Source of the DNA: Bacteriovoracia bacterium
GTDB lineage: Bacteria > Bdellovibrionota > UBA1018 > CAIPTA01
Assembly: GCA_050246755.1 (NCBI GenBank)
Contig: JBFWVL010000001.1
Span: 1,504,001 to 1,568,000 of the forward strand
Reading direction: 5' to 3'
Length of the DNA: 64,000 nt
A model generated the notes under the pieces. It searched no databases. It was given only the letters and a program-made list of their open reading frames with translations, and was not told where the DNA came from. A program made the position numbers and the translations under genes. Of the stretch, positions 1 to 9,541 are shown piece after piece (position 1 is the first letter of the stretch; every line of letters starts with the position of its first letter).

Positions 1-197
1 GACGCATGTACGTGGTGAAGGAAAATAAAACCAACTACAACGGCTCGATGAACGAGAATACGCGCAAGGGCGTGCGCAGCGCTTCGCAAACGGCGGCCGT
101 GCTGGGCGGAGGTATCCTCGGTGACGCCGGGATGGCGGGATACTCCATGACGAGTAATCATGAGTACGAAGCAAAATTCTTTTTTACTTGTCGCTAG
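1..197 (+). CDS. Hypothetical protein, 3' part (truncated by the window start)
   Basis: The frame is open to the window edge. It contains a Gly-rich segment (AAVLGGGILGDAG) and ends YEAKFFFTCR; its stop overlaps the convergent gene by 4 bp. Confidence 0.6.
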   Translation, partial: RMYVVKENKTNYNGSMNENTRKGVRSASQTAAVLGGGILGDAGMAGYSMTSNHEYEAKFFFTCR

Positions 198-1555
198 GCC
201 GCGGCTCTTCTCGACTTCACCCAAAGCAGCGTCGCTGCGGAAAGAGTGAGCGCAATCCCCAAACGCAGAAATGCGGTGCCGGCATGCGCTTCAAAGAATT
301 TACCCGCGTGATAGAGCCAAAGATTCTCCATCGGGGCCAGATTCGAGAAGGGATAAATCAAAATCCGGAATACGAGCGCGATTCCCAGCGTGACCCAGAG
401 AACGCTGCGTGCCCATTCAGGTAACTCATTCCAACGCCAGGCGATCATCAAGGCGAACGCGGGAAAAGCCAGCGCGAGGTAGCGAGGCCCGATCGCGTGC
501 CCGCCGTACCAAGCACCTACGCTGCTATTCATCCAGAGCACGCCAAGAAAGCCGCCCAAGAATAAAAAGAGAGACCCGCTGGGCAGCTCTTTCGATTTTG
601 GAAAAAACAAAAGCGGAATCACCGCGAGTATCCAGGGCTGGGTAAACAGAATTCCGCGTTCCGAACCGAAGAGCAAACCCTTCAGGGCGCCGGGAATCGG
701 GAAAATTCCCACGGTGCCCCATAAGTTCTCGCTGCCTTCGACGTGCACGAGCTGGGTGGTATTGATAAACTGGGAGGCTACGGCGAAGGGGCTGCCAAAG
801 GCCACCCAGTGGTACCATATCCAGAGCAGGGCGATGGGCGCAGCGCCGAGCGCAATAGGAAGAATTATTTTCCCGTTTCGTTCCCTCCAAAAAGTGGCGA
901 GGAGAAAAAACGGAATCACGCAAGCGCCGGCGTAGTCGGTGAGCATGGTGGCCGCGAAGAAAAAAGAAGCCCAGGCGTATCGCCTCTCGAGCCAGGCGAG
1001 CATAGCGGCGAGAAATAAAAGCGCGGCGAGTCCATGGCCGAAGTAACAGTTCATATAAATGGCGGCGGTATTGCCAAAGAACGCGGCGAGCGCAAAGAAG
1101 TGAAGGCCGGAAGAAGACACTCCTCGCTCCTGCAGTTTTCTCCCCGCATAGAGCACGAGGAAGGCAAACGGCAATAACTGCATCAGCAGATTGAAAAGAG
1201 TGAGCTGGAGGTAGCCCGGTTCGGGGGCTCTTCCCTGCGCATCGATTTTTTTATTCGGCAGTCGCGTGGGGTAGTCGAGCAAAGCGAAGGCGGGCAAGCC
1301 GAGCAGGGCGCCGCCCGGCGCTTTATTGGAATAGTAGTGTCCATTCGGCGCGAGGGACCAATCGAAGGTCCAGTCTACGTAGGAGTCTATGGTGAGCACA
1401 TGGCCTTCGGTCATCGCGCGGAGGGCAGCGATGCGGGAGCGGGCATTGGTTCCGCCGAATTGGGTCACGGCCAGCGCGAGTGCGAGGAAAAGCGCGGCCC
1501 AAGGAAGGAGGGGGCTTTCCTGACATATTTTCAGAATGTAGCGCGGCTTTTTCAA
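194..1555 (-). CDS. Polytopic membrane protein, putative GT-C glycosyltransferase
   Basis: 453 aa with about 10 hydrophobic segments. Motifs D..GHYYSNKAPG, LLFGSERGILF, WYGG..GPRYL match the uncharacterised PMT_2/GT-C-like family. TTG start with AGGA upstream. Confidence 0.7.
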   Translation of the reverse strand: MKKPRYILKICQESPLLPWAALFLALALAVTQFGGTNARSRIAALRAMTEGHVLTIDSYVDWTFDWSLAPNGHYYSNKAPGGALLGLPAFALLDYPTRLPNKKIDAQGRAPEPGYLQLTLFNLLMQLLPFAFLVLYAGRKLQERGVSSSGLHFFALAAFFGNTAAIYMNCYFGHGLAALLFLAAMLAWLERRYAWASFFFAATMLTDYAGACVIPFFLLATFWRERNGKIILPIALGAAPIALLWIWYHWVAFGSPFAVASQFINTTQLVHVEGSENLWGTVGIFPIPGALKGLLFGSERGILFTQPWILAVIPLLFFPKSKELPSGSLFLFLGGFLGVLWMNSSVGAWYGGHAIGPRYLALAFPAFALMIAWRWNELPEWARSVLWVTLGIALVFRILIYPFSNLAPMENLWLYHAGKFFEAHAGTAFLRLGIALTLSAATLLWVKSRRAAA

Positions 1556-1565
1556 AATTACTTTC

Positions 1566-3254
1566 CTATTCTAAGGGGCAGGCCGGTAGTGGAGAAGCGC
1601 AAGATTCGTTGCGCTCCTTGAGCCGGTGGAGAGTTAGGGTGCGGCAGGAGTATTCGAGCGTATATTTCTCGTTTAGCTCCGCGCTGAGCGTGTTTTCTTC
1701 TGCGCCCGTCATCGGCGCATTGCTCAGGCTGCGCTCCCATAGCACGCAATCCACGGGCTTCCCCCCTTCTGCCGGGAGGATGGGAATATAGTGCACCCAG
1801 CGGCGTGTGGAAAGATGAGGGACGAGAGCGTTACTCGCACCGAGCGAAGCCACAGGATCGATTTTGGGTAAAATTTCTTTTTTCACCCATTCTTGGTGAG
1901 GAGTAGTTTCGTGGAAACGCCAGTGAAACGCTTCGCTGCGTCCGTAAGTAAGCAGCAGCAGCCAGGGCAGCACACATAGAATTTTCTTTTCGTGCGTAAG
2001 CAATTTGGCCGAGGCGAGCGCCGCCACTAGCGCTAGAAAAATGCCTACCGAGGGTTCGATCGCGTAATGAAATCCAAGAGAGAGCCGCTGATCTCCTTGC
2101 GCGAGGAAGAGCATGCAAATGCCGGGAAGCGCCGCCAAGAGCGAGATTGGTGCGAACAGCGGAAGGAGGCCCAACGGCAATAAAATTTTGAAGAGAAACT
2201 TCAGTCGGCTAGGGCCGAAGAGGCGGCCGAAAAATTCCGCGGGATAGAGAAAGGGCGCCGCGGCAAGGGAAGAAATCGAGGAGCCGAAGGGAGCGAAGAT
2301 GTCTCCGTATCCGTAGTTCATCCCCAAAGACTGGGGAACCACTTTAGTGTCAAAATAAAAAAGCGCGGCTCCCAGCGCCACCGCGGCGAATCCCAAAAGC
2401 CTGGTGAAGGTTCGCGCCGGTTGCGGTGCCGCCCCGAGAATCCAGGCCAGCCCGATACCCACGGCCACCGGACCGCCGGATTCTTTCGAGATCATCCCAC
2501 TGAGAAAACAAATCAAACCGAAGATTCGCGTTTCCCAGGATTTTTCCTGCAAACCCCACACGCCGAAGAGAAAAAGCGGCAGTAAAAATACCTCGGGATG
2601 GAAATCAAAAAGATTGGCCGCACGGTTGGGAAAATAAAGCCAGAATGCAAACGGCAATAGCGGAATCAGCGTGCTCGTAGGCGCGAGCCGTTGTTTGCCG
2701 AGAAGATAGAGCGCGACTCCTCCCGCGCTTAAGCCGAACGATTGTAAAAACAGAAGAATGCCCGGCCCGGGGTATAGGCCAAAAATCAAGGAGAGAGGAT
2801 AGATGGTGAAGCTCTGGTGGTCCGTGAAAAGATTGTGACCGCTCTTAAGTGCCGCGAAGGGAATGCCCGTTTGAGAAAGATTCCAGAAAGCGTTCGTAAA
2901 TATGCCAAGGTCGATCGCGCCACTGCGAAAATTCGCGTGTCGGCTCCAGGCCGCGGAAAACCAGAGTGCGCCAAAAAATAACGAAGCGGCCAAAAGCGTG
3001 AGCCTCTCCCTTTTGCGCAGATAGCTTTTCCATTTTTCCCAGGCGCCGAGAACAGCCGCTACCACGAAGCTATTTTCGGCTAACCCGCGGCCCCGCGCCC
3101 ACCAAAGCCAAATCCCGAGCACCACGGCTCCCGGGCCGGGTTGGGTGAGCTCGAGGTGAAGATGAGGGCGATGAATCCAGGCCCCGCCCGTGACGAGCGG
3201 AAAAAATACGAAGAGCAAAAATAAAATATCCCAGGCGAGCGCTTCGCGTTTCAT
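1566..3254 (-). CDS. DUF2079-type membrane protein (GT-C-like)
   Basis: 562 aa with DLGIF, DH, DFHPE, KE and FHY motifs characteristic of DUF2079; many TM helices and a soluble C-terminal domain. Confidence 0.8.
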   Translation of the reverse strand: MKREALAWDILFLLFVFFPLVTGGAWIHRPHLHLELTQPGPGAVVLGIWLWWARGRGLAENSFVVAAVLGAWEKWKSYLRKRERLTLLAASLFFGALWFSAAWSRHANFRSGAIDLGIFTNAFWNLSQTGIPFAALKSGHNLFTDHQSFTIYPLSLIFGLYPGPGILLFLQSFGLSAGGVALYLLGKQRLAPTSTLIPLLPFAFWLYFPNRAANLFDFHPEVFLLPLFLFGVWGLQEKSWETRIFGLICFLSGMISKESGGPVAVGIGLAWILGAAPQPARTFTRLLGFAAVALGAALFYFDTKVVPQSLGMNYGYGDIFAPFGSSISSLAAAPFLYPAEFFGRLFGPSRLKFLFKILLPLGLLPLFAPISLLAALPGICMLFLAQGDQRLSLGFHYAIEPSVGIFLALVAALASAKLLTHEKKILCVLPWLLLLTYGRSEAFHWRFHETTPHQEWVKKEILPKIDPVASLGASNALVPHLSTRRWVHYIPILPAEGGKPVDCVLWERSLSNAPMTGAEENTLSAELNEKYTLEYSCRTLTLHRLKERNESCASPLPACPLE

Positions 3255-3354
3255 GGAAGGATTTCACCGAAATCACGCTGGTTTGTCTATAGCATCTTGG
3301 AGAGAGAAGGCTTTTCGTGGCCTGAGCTTCTGTGCTAGCCTCAGGGCCAATCCG

Positions 3355-4149
3355 ATGAGACTTCCAGCGATAGAAGAATGCGAAAACGATTTCCAACGGG
3401 AATACGGCTATGGCGACGATATCCGCCAATTTTTCCACCCGTATCCAAGGAAGCCCGGGCCTTTTTCCTACCACCTCCGCCTGGAGCATGTGCTCGGTGC
3501 TTTCCAGCAATACTTACCCGCGCCGGCAAATGTGGCCGACGTGGCTTGTGCCGCGGGTAATTTCGCGCTCCGTTTAGCCGAGCTGGGCTATGCCGTTACG
3601 GGAGTAGATCTTCTCGAGGATTTTCTCGGCTATGCGCGCAAAAAGCGCACCGAGGGTAAAATAGAATTCGTGCGCGGAAACCTCATGGACTATCGCCACC
3701 CTGCGCCCCTCGATGGCGTTCTCATGGGCGAAGTGATCGAACATGTGGCCTGGCCCGAGAAGCTCATCGCCGCGGCCCACGCAAATCTCCGCCCGGGCGG
3801 AATCTTCGTGGTTACCACCCCGAACGGAAGCTACGGCGGAAATGATTTGCCCACCTTCAAGGACGTTACGAGCGACCGCCAGAAGTTCGAAGAGGCTCAG
3901 TTTCACCATGGCCATCATCTCTTCCTCTACACTCCGGAGGAGCTCGCCGATCTTTTAGAAAAAGGCGGTTTTGAGGTGCTGAAGGTGGAAGTATTTAATT
4001 CCCACCATCTCACCCAGCGTACGGTGCTGCGTTATCTCTTTCCTCTAGGGGCTTTGAAGTTGGCCGACCGGCTTTTTTCTAGGTTGCCTCTTCTCCGTGG
4101 CAGCTCCGCAAACATGATGTACGCCGTGGCCCGGCGCAAAGCGGGGTAA
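3355..4149 (+). CDS. Class I SAM-dependent methyltransferase (UbiG/Methyltransf_11-like)
   Basis: VADVACAAG motif I, GVD, EVIEHV and LRPGG..VVTTPN. ATG 3355 is preferred because the longer ORF (3190) overlaps the divergent gene. Confidence 0.85.
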   Translation: MRLPAIEECENDFQREYGYGDDIRQFFHPYPRKPGPFSYHLRLEHVLGAFQQYLPAPANVADVACAAGNFALRLAELGYAVTGVDLLEDFLGYARKKRTEGKIEFVRGNLMDYRHPAPLDGVLMGEVIEHVAWPEKLIAAAHANLRPGGIFVVTTPNGSYGGNDLPTFKDVTSDRQKFEEAQFHHGHHLFLYTPEELADLLEKGGFEVLKVEVFNSHHLTQRTVLRYLFPLGALKLADRLFSRLPLLRGSSANMMYAVARRKAG

Positions 4150-4231
4150 TTCCTAGTTTTGACGAGGCGCCCCAGGGCACGGAAATAGACGCCAAGCACG
4201 CGCTATGTTACTAAAAAACGTTCTCAGGTGC

Positions 4232-4321
4232 GGAGAGGTGGCCGAGTGGCCGAAGGCGCTCGCTTGGAAAGCGAGTAATGGGTAACACCATTCGCGAGTT
4301 CGAATCTCGCCTTCTCCGCCA
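4232..4321 (+). tRNA. tRNA-Ser(GGA)
   Basis: Acceptor stem GGAGAGG/CTTCTCC, D arm TGGCCGAGTGG, anticodon arm CTCGC-TTGGAAA-GCGAG, long variable arm, GTTCGAATC T loop, G discriminator plus encoded CCA. Confidence 0.97.
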
Positions 4322-4325
4322 AATT

Positions 4326-4356
4326 AAAAAAGCTCAACCCAAGGTTGGGCTTTTTT
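4326..4356. terminator. Bidirectional intrinsic terminator after tRNA-Ser
   Basis: AAAAAA-GCTCAACC-CAA-GGTTGGGC-TTTTTT hairpin, with an A tract on one side and a T tract on the other, between convergent genes. Confidence 0.85.
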
Positions 4357-4390
4357 AGTTTGGGCTCAGGAGTGAACAGCGAGAGAACTG

Positions 4391-5914
4391 CTAGAGGTGT
4401 GGTTCTTCGAGGGGGTAAAGCCGATCGTCACGGGGGCCACTTTTCGTTGCAGGAAATTCCATATCTTGTTTTATGAGTCCCGCATCGTCGAATTTGTAAA
4501 AGCGTCCCGCAAGCTGATTATTCACGAAAGTTCCGGTGGCGGCTAGTTTCCCGCGCGCGCTCCAGTGGCGGAATTTTCCCTGCCGCACGCCTTTTACGAA
4601 GGTATCTTCAAATACCGGCACGCCTTCCTTGCTCCAGGTTTGAATCAGCCCGTCGGGTTCGCCGTTCACGTAGTTTCCCCTAGAGGTGACTTTTCCAGTA
4701 TCGCTCCAGCTAGTGCGACGACCGTGCAATAGGCCATCTACGTAATTTTCATCGAGAACCAAAATGCCGGCTTCGTTCCAGCTGCGGCAAGAACCGTGTT
4801 TCTGCTTGTTTTTGTAGGTACAGGCGGAAGCCAATCGTCCGTTGAAGTGCCAGGTTACTTCTTGGTTGGTTTTTTGATCGCGGCTTTTGAATATGGTCTT
4901 ACTGCTCGCGTCCAGTAGGTAGAGCAATTTACCGGCAACTCCATCCCTGAATTCTTGCCGATAAATTATTTTTCCCGAAGAATCGTACGAGCTGAAAATT
5001 CCATTGATCTTATCATCGCGAAACGGAATTATTTTTAACGGCTTGCCATTTTCGGCCCATTCTCGCAGCACTCCGTTTCTCTTTCCGTTTGCAAATGTTC
5101 CCTCCGAAAGGAGGCTTCCCGTTTCTGACCAATTGCGGGAAAGCCCGTCTTTGAGTCCGGCTCGGTAACGGCCTTCGAAGAGCGGGGTGTTTTTTTCGCT
5201 CCAGGTTTGGCAGAGGCCCTCGCGCAATCCCCCGGAATAGGTGCAGGAGCTCGCGCGTGCGCCATTGGGATGCCAGATTTCTTCCCGCCCAGTAAGGGAG
5301 TCCAGATGGTAAGAGGCGCGGCGAAGCAGGATTGGATTTTTTTCGGAACTCTCTGCCCACTCGAGCGAGACGCCTTCTTTTTTTCCGGCGGAATAGCTGG
5401 TTTCTTCTTTTTTCCCACCGTTCGAATACCATTTCCGGGCAACTCCGTGGAGCTCGCCTTCTCGGTAAAAAAATTCCGCGTCTGGCTGCCCATTGTTATA
5501 CCAACTGCGCCATAAACCGTTTTTCCGCCCGTTACGATAGCTGCCCAGGGTGGCGATATTTCCATTCGGCCACCAGGTTTTCCATTCCCCCTCCGGGAGA
5601 GCGTTGAGGTAGTGGTTTTCCGTTGCCATGGCTCCATTGGAAAACCATGTCTGCCAGGTTCCTGCGCGGGATCCCAACCTGAATTCTATCCTTGATTGTA
5701 GTCTTCCCGGGGATGCGAACGTTATCCAGGTGCCGTGCGGACGAAAATTTTTCCACTCCGCTTCTTTTAGCGTTTGGCCCCAGATATTTTTTTGTATGAC
5801 GCGGAAATGGCCGATTCTCACTATGGAAACGCGGAAAAAATAGAATGGGAGAACTAAAGCAACTATGAGAACGTAAAGAAAAGTTTGGCGCCGCCAAAAT
5901 GCGGGTATTTTCAT
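4391..5914 (-). CDS. Membrane-anchored MORN-variant (MORN_2/YwqK-like) repeat protein, copy 1
   Basis: N-terminal hydrophobic helix followed by many ~24-aa repeats (W.W..NG...G.Y..G...G); 507 aa. Confidence 0.85.
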   Translation of the reverse strand: MKIPAFWRRQTFLYVLIVALVLPFYFFRVSIVRIGHFRVIQKNIWGQTLKEAEWKNFRPHGTWITFASPGRLQSRIEFRLGSRAGTWQTWFSNGAMATENHYLNALPEGEWKTWWPNGNIATLGSYRNGRKNGLWRSWYNNGQPDAEFFYREGELHGVARKWYSNGGKKEETSYSAGKKEGVSLEWAESSEKNPILLRRASYHLDSLTGREEIWHPNGARASSCTYSGGLREGLCQTWSEKNTPLFEGRYRAGLKDGLSRNWSETGSLLSEGTFANGKRNGVLREWAENGKPLKIIPFRDDKINGIFSSYDSSGKIIYRQEFRDGVAGKLLYLLDASSKTIFKSRDQKTNQEVTWHFNGRLASACTYKNKQKHGSCRSWNEAGILVLDENYVDGLLHGRRTSWSDTGKVTSRGNYVNGEPDGLIQTWSKEGVPVFEDTFVKGVRQGKFRHWSARGKLAATGTFVNNQLAGRFYKFDDAGLIKQDMEFPATKSGPRDDRLYPLEEPHL

Positions 5915-5942
5915 TTAGGTTAATTTATGCCGAGGCCGTGGA

Positions 5943-7445
5943 TTGAGCAAGGAGAAGGCATTGTATTCCAGGTATAAGCAAGATATCGGTGCGATCGACT
6001 GGCCTAGAATATTTCTGCTCGCCAGTTTTTTCCTTCTGCTATTCGTGAACGGCCGTACTTTCTCCCTCTGGTACTACGGCGAAGATTATCTTTGGCTTTT
6101 TTATACTTCGAATATCAGCTTCTCCGAAGCGCTGCGGCCGGTAGCGGGCACGTTCTACCGGCCTTTATCCACGAATCTTCCCTTTTACGTTTTCAGCCGA
6201 ATGGAGCAGGGAAGGTTTATTTGGAAATGCCTCTCTTTCGTTTGCATGGGCGCTTCATGCTACTGGTTTTGGTCCTGGACGAAAAACGTTTCGCGAAATG
6301 GGTGGGTGGCGCTGCTCTTGACGGTAGCTTGGATGTTCAATCCGGCGCAGTCTTACGGAATACATTACTTGGTGTCTTTCAACTATGTTTTGGCGCCGAC
6401 GCTGATGATTGGCATTTTCTTTTTTTTACAAAGGAAGAGCTTTTGGCGAGCCATCCTCTGTCTTTTTTTGGGCTTGCTGACGAAGGAATTTTTCCTTGCC
6501 GCGCCCCTGGTCTTCGTTTTGTGGCGTTCGAGGTATTCTATTCCCTCAAAGTTTCTATTTTTTTCGGCGGCCCTATGCGCGATCTCGCTTTTGTTTCGGG
6601 GAGGAATCTCGCTTGGGCAAAAACGAATGGGAAACTATTTGTTTCTCTCCGATGTATCGGGAATAGCCGATCATTTCCGCTACCTGGCTGGCAAGATGTT
6701 CCTGGGTGATACGGGATTTCCCAACGTCGACGCCTGGTATGTGTACGGCTGGGCGATCCCGGCGGTATTCGTGGCGGTAGCCCTACTATCGGAGAGGGGC
6801 CGGCGGGAAATGGGCGGGGTATGGCTTCATCTCGTGGCCCTCGTCGTATTTTTTGTGCCGGTCGCCTTGGTGCAGGGACTGCTTTCGGAAGATCTAGGAC
6901 CATTTTATTGGATATTCATATTCGGTGCCGCAGCGGAGGCATGGGGCGCGATTCCTTGGCGCATTCCGGCGGTTTCTCTGCCCGCGATCGCGGGATGCCT
7001 TGGTTTTTGCACCTACGCGGTTTTCGCCGACGATTTTCGCGTTCGTTATATAGAATTGGAGAAAAAATATTTTCAGATCATGCAGCGAACGATTCCTCTG
7101 CTCTCGGTATGCGGAGAGTTCGATCAAATCGTGACTTCCGGCCTGGAGGATATCCTCAAGTCGGAGCTCTACGCCGAGTTCGCGGTTCGCGGCTTGCAGC
7201 ACTACCAGCCTGGCACCAGATTCTACCTTCTGAAGTCGGGCAAAGAGCTTTGGCTTAAAGGCGTGGAGAAAAATTCTATTCTTTGGGTGGACGATCAGCA
7301 GGCTGCGGGTCATCCGTTTTTGGCTTTTTCATTGGATGAAGAGGAGGCGATTCGCGTTTCGTGGAAGGGCGGCGCGCGTTGCCGCACGAGCGTAGAGCAG
7401 TTTCGCTATAGGGGACCAAACTTTTCCGTGGGAAATTTATACTGA
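5943..7445 (+). CDS. Polytopic membrane protein, putative GT-C glycosyltransferase (YRPL type), copy 1
   Basis: TM1, then WYYGEDY, FYRPL and LLTKE motifs; about 10 TM segments and a soluble C-terminal domain. Confidence 0.7.
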   Translation: MSKEKALYSRYKQDIGAIDWPRIFLLASFFLLLFVNGRTFSLWYYGEDYLWLFYTSNISFSEALRPVAGTFYRPLSTNLPFYVFSRMEQGRFIWKCLSFVCMGASCYWFWSWTKNVSRNGWVALLLTVAWMFNPAQSYGIHYLVSFNYVLAPTLMIGIFFFLQRKSFWRAILCLFLGLLTKEFFLAAPLVFVLWRSRYSIPSKFLFFSAALCAISLLFRGGISLGQKRMGNYLFLSDVSGIADHFRYLAGKMFLGDTGFPNVDAWYVYGWAIPAVFVAVALLSERGRREMGGVWLHLVALVVFFVPVALVQGLLSEDLGPFYWIFIFGAAAEAWGAIPWRIPAVSLPAIAGCLGFCTYAVFADDFRVRYIELEKKYFQIMQRTIPLLSVCGEFDQIVTSGLEDILKSELYAEFAVRGLQHYQPGTRFYLLKSGKELWLKGVEKNSILWVDDQQAAGHPFLAFSLDEEEAIRVSWKGGARCRTSVEQFRYRGPNFSVGNLY

Positions 7446-9511
7446 TCTTGAGTAAAGAAGGATTCCTCTTTCAAGCGTCCGATTTTATCGAATCGGGTCA
7501 GCCTTCCCTCCAACCGGCCGCGCGCATAATTTCCCTCTAAAACCAGGCGTCCGTTTTCGTCCCACGCGCGAAATGGACCATCCTTCAAATCATTCCGGTA
7601 ATTTTCCTCGGAGCGAATTTGGCCTGATTCGTACCAGGTCTGGAATTTGCCTTCGCGTAGTCCGTTCCTGGAGAATTCCGAGGAGAGCAGCTTGCCGTTC
7701 GGCCTCCAGGTTCGCGTGGCTCCGTCTTTAACTCCGGCGAGAAATTCTTCCTCGGAAATCAAATTACCCAAGTCGTCCCACTTCGTGCATTTTCCGTTTA
7801 GTTTGTCTTGACGATAAAAGCAGGCGGAGGCGCGTCGGCTATTGGGATGCCAGGTGGTCTCTAAGCCCTCGCGGCGGCCGTTTTTAAAAGATACCTGAAG
7901 CCTCACGTAACCTTCGGGGGCGCCGTAGCGGGCAACGCCGTTTTTCACCCCGGCCGAATAGTTTTCCTCGGAAAGCATGTTCCCGTTTTCGTTCCAGTGG
8001 GTGCACGGCCCGTTTAATTTTCCCTCAAAAAACCTGCAGTTCGCTTCCTGCTTCCCATTCGGATGCCAGGATTTCGCTAATTCTTCTTTGCCGTGTTTAA
8101 AAATTTTCTCGAACTTCAGGTTTCCGGATTTGTCCCAGCCGCGGAAAATCCCGTGCTTTTCCCCCGAATCGTAGGTTTCTTCGCTCACCACGTGACCGGC
8201 GTTATCCCAGTATAGAAATTGGCCGTGCTTTTTTCCTCCGGCGTAGTTTTCTTTTGAGAGAGGCCGGCCTTCGGCGATCCAGCGCATGCACGGGCCATCG
8301 GGTTTTCCGTCGCGAAACGAGCAGTTGGAGGCCAGTGCACCGGTTTTACCGTCGCCTAGGGTTGACGTCGGGAGCTCCGCGGCACTGTGCCAGCTCCGCG
8401 ATTTTCCGTTTTTTAGGTCGTGCCGGTAAGATTCCTCAAAAATAAGCCGGCCTTTGTTATCCCAGTATCGGAACGTGCCTTCTCTTTTCCCATTTTCGTA
8501 GGTTTCCTGGGAAACCAGCTTTCCCGCCGGGTTCCAGTGAAAAAATTTTCCGTGCTTAAGGCCGCCCCGGTAAAATTCGTCCGAGATCAGCGTTCCGTTG
8601 GGATCCCAGTACCGAAAACTTCCGGACCTTTCCCCATGGGCGTAGGTTTCCTGGGAGACCAGCTTTCCGAATTCATTCCAATAACGAAATACGCCGTGCT
8701 TTACGTCTTGCTTATAGGACTCTTCGGAAATCGAAAATCCTTCGACAGTCCAATACTGGAACCTTCCGTCTTTTTTTCCATTTGCGTAAAACCCAGAGGA
8801 GCGAATTTTCCCTGATTCCGTCCAGTCGCGGAAAAGGCCATTTTTTTGGCCCGCACTGTATTTTTCTTCGGAAAGCATCTGTCCGGCCTCGCTCCAGCGC
8901 ACGCAATGCCCATCCTTTTTTCCTTGAAGGTAGGTGCAAGTGGAGGCCGGCCTCCCATTTTTATACCAAGCGCGATTCGCGCCATTCAATACGGCGCCTT
9001 CGACTCCTTCCGCGTCCGGTGAATGGGCCGCGGTTCGGGGTTCGTACTCACTTTCGGAAACCAGCTGGCCGTTGGCGAGCCAAGAACGCCAAACGCCGGC
9101 GCGGGCTCCGTTCCGGTAGGCCCCGCTGGTGGCGAGCGTTCCGTTTTCGTGCCAAGTTTTCCATTCGCCGTCTTTGGCGTCGTTCGCGTAGCCACTCTGC
9201 GATAAGAGTTTTCCTTCCGCGCTCCAAACCATCCATTTCCCGTTGCGTTTACCGGCGGCGTATTCGATCTGCGCTTGAAGCTCTCCGGAGGGGAAATAGG
9301 TACGCCACACGCCGTCCTTTTTCAGGAGCTTCCACTGCGCTTCCTTTACGGTTTGGCCGCGGATATTTTTTTGGGTAATCCTGACCGTATCGAACCCAAC
9401 GGGCTTCACGCGATACATCGCGAACGCGGCCACTAGCGCGAATGCCAGGGCGCAGGCGAAAACTTTCTGTGCTATCTTGCTTTGAAACAAACGAATCGAG
9501 ATTGGGCGCAT
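7406..9511 (-). CDS. Membrane-anchored MORN-variant repeat protein, copy 2
   Basis: 701 aa with an N-terminal TM. The segment QKNIRGQTVKEAQWK is shared with copy 1 (QKNIWGQTLKEAEWK). Long MORN_2-like array. Confidence 0.85.
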   Translation of the reverse strand: MRPISIRLFQSKIAQKVFACALAFALVAAFAMYRVKPVGFDTVRITQKNIRGQTVKEAQWKLLKKDGVWRTYFPSGELQAQIEYAAGKRNGKWMVWSAEGKLLSQSGYANDAKDGEWKTWHENGTLATSGAYRNGARAGVWRSWLANGQLVSESEYEPRTAAHSPDAEGVEGAVLNGANRAWYKNGRPASTCTYLQGKKDGHCVRWSEAGQMLSEEKYSAGQKNGLFRDWTESGKIRSSGFYANGKKDGRFQYWTVEGFSISEESYKQDVKHGVFRYWNEFGKLVSQETYAHGERSGSFRYWDPNGTLISDEFYRGGLKHGKFFHWNPAGKLVSQETYENGKREGTFRYWDNKGRLIFEESYRHDLKNGKSRSWHSAAELPTSTLGDGKTGALASNCSFRDGKPDGPCMRWIAEGRPLSKENYAGGKKHGQFLYWDNAGHVVSEETYDSGEKHGIFRGWDKSGNLKFEKIFKHGKEELAKSWHPNGKQEANCRFFEGKLNGPCTHWNENGNMLSEENYSAGVKNGVARYGAPEGYVRLQVSFKNGRREGLETTWHPNSRRASACFYRQDKLNGKCTKWDDLGNLISEEEFLAGVKDGATRTWRPNGKLLSSEFSRNGLREGKFQTWYESGQIRSEENYRNDLKDGPFRAWDENGRLVLEGNYARGRLEGRLTRFDKIGRLKEESFFTQDQYKFPTEKFGPL

Positions 9512-9541
9512 TTTTCTCTTGAAAAGGTAGGAGCATACCAG

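Noticed and set aside
4391-9511. Toxin-antitoxin (YwqJK) system
   Set aside because: The MORN_2 proteins are long and membrane-anchored with no adjacent toxin gene; the YwqK resemblance reflects only the repeat.
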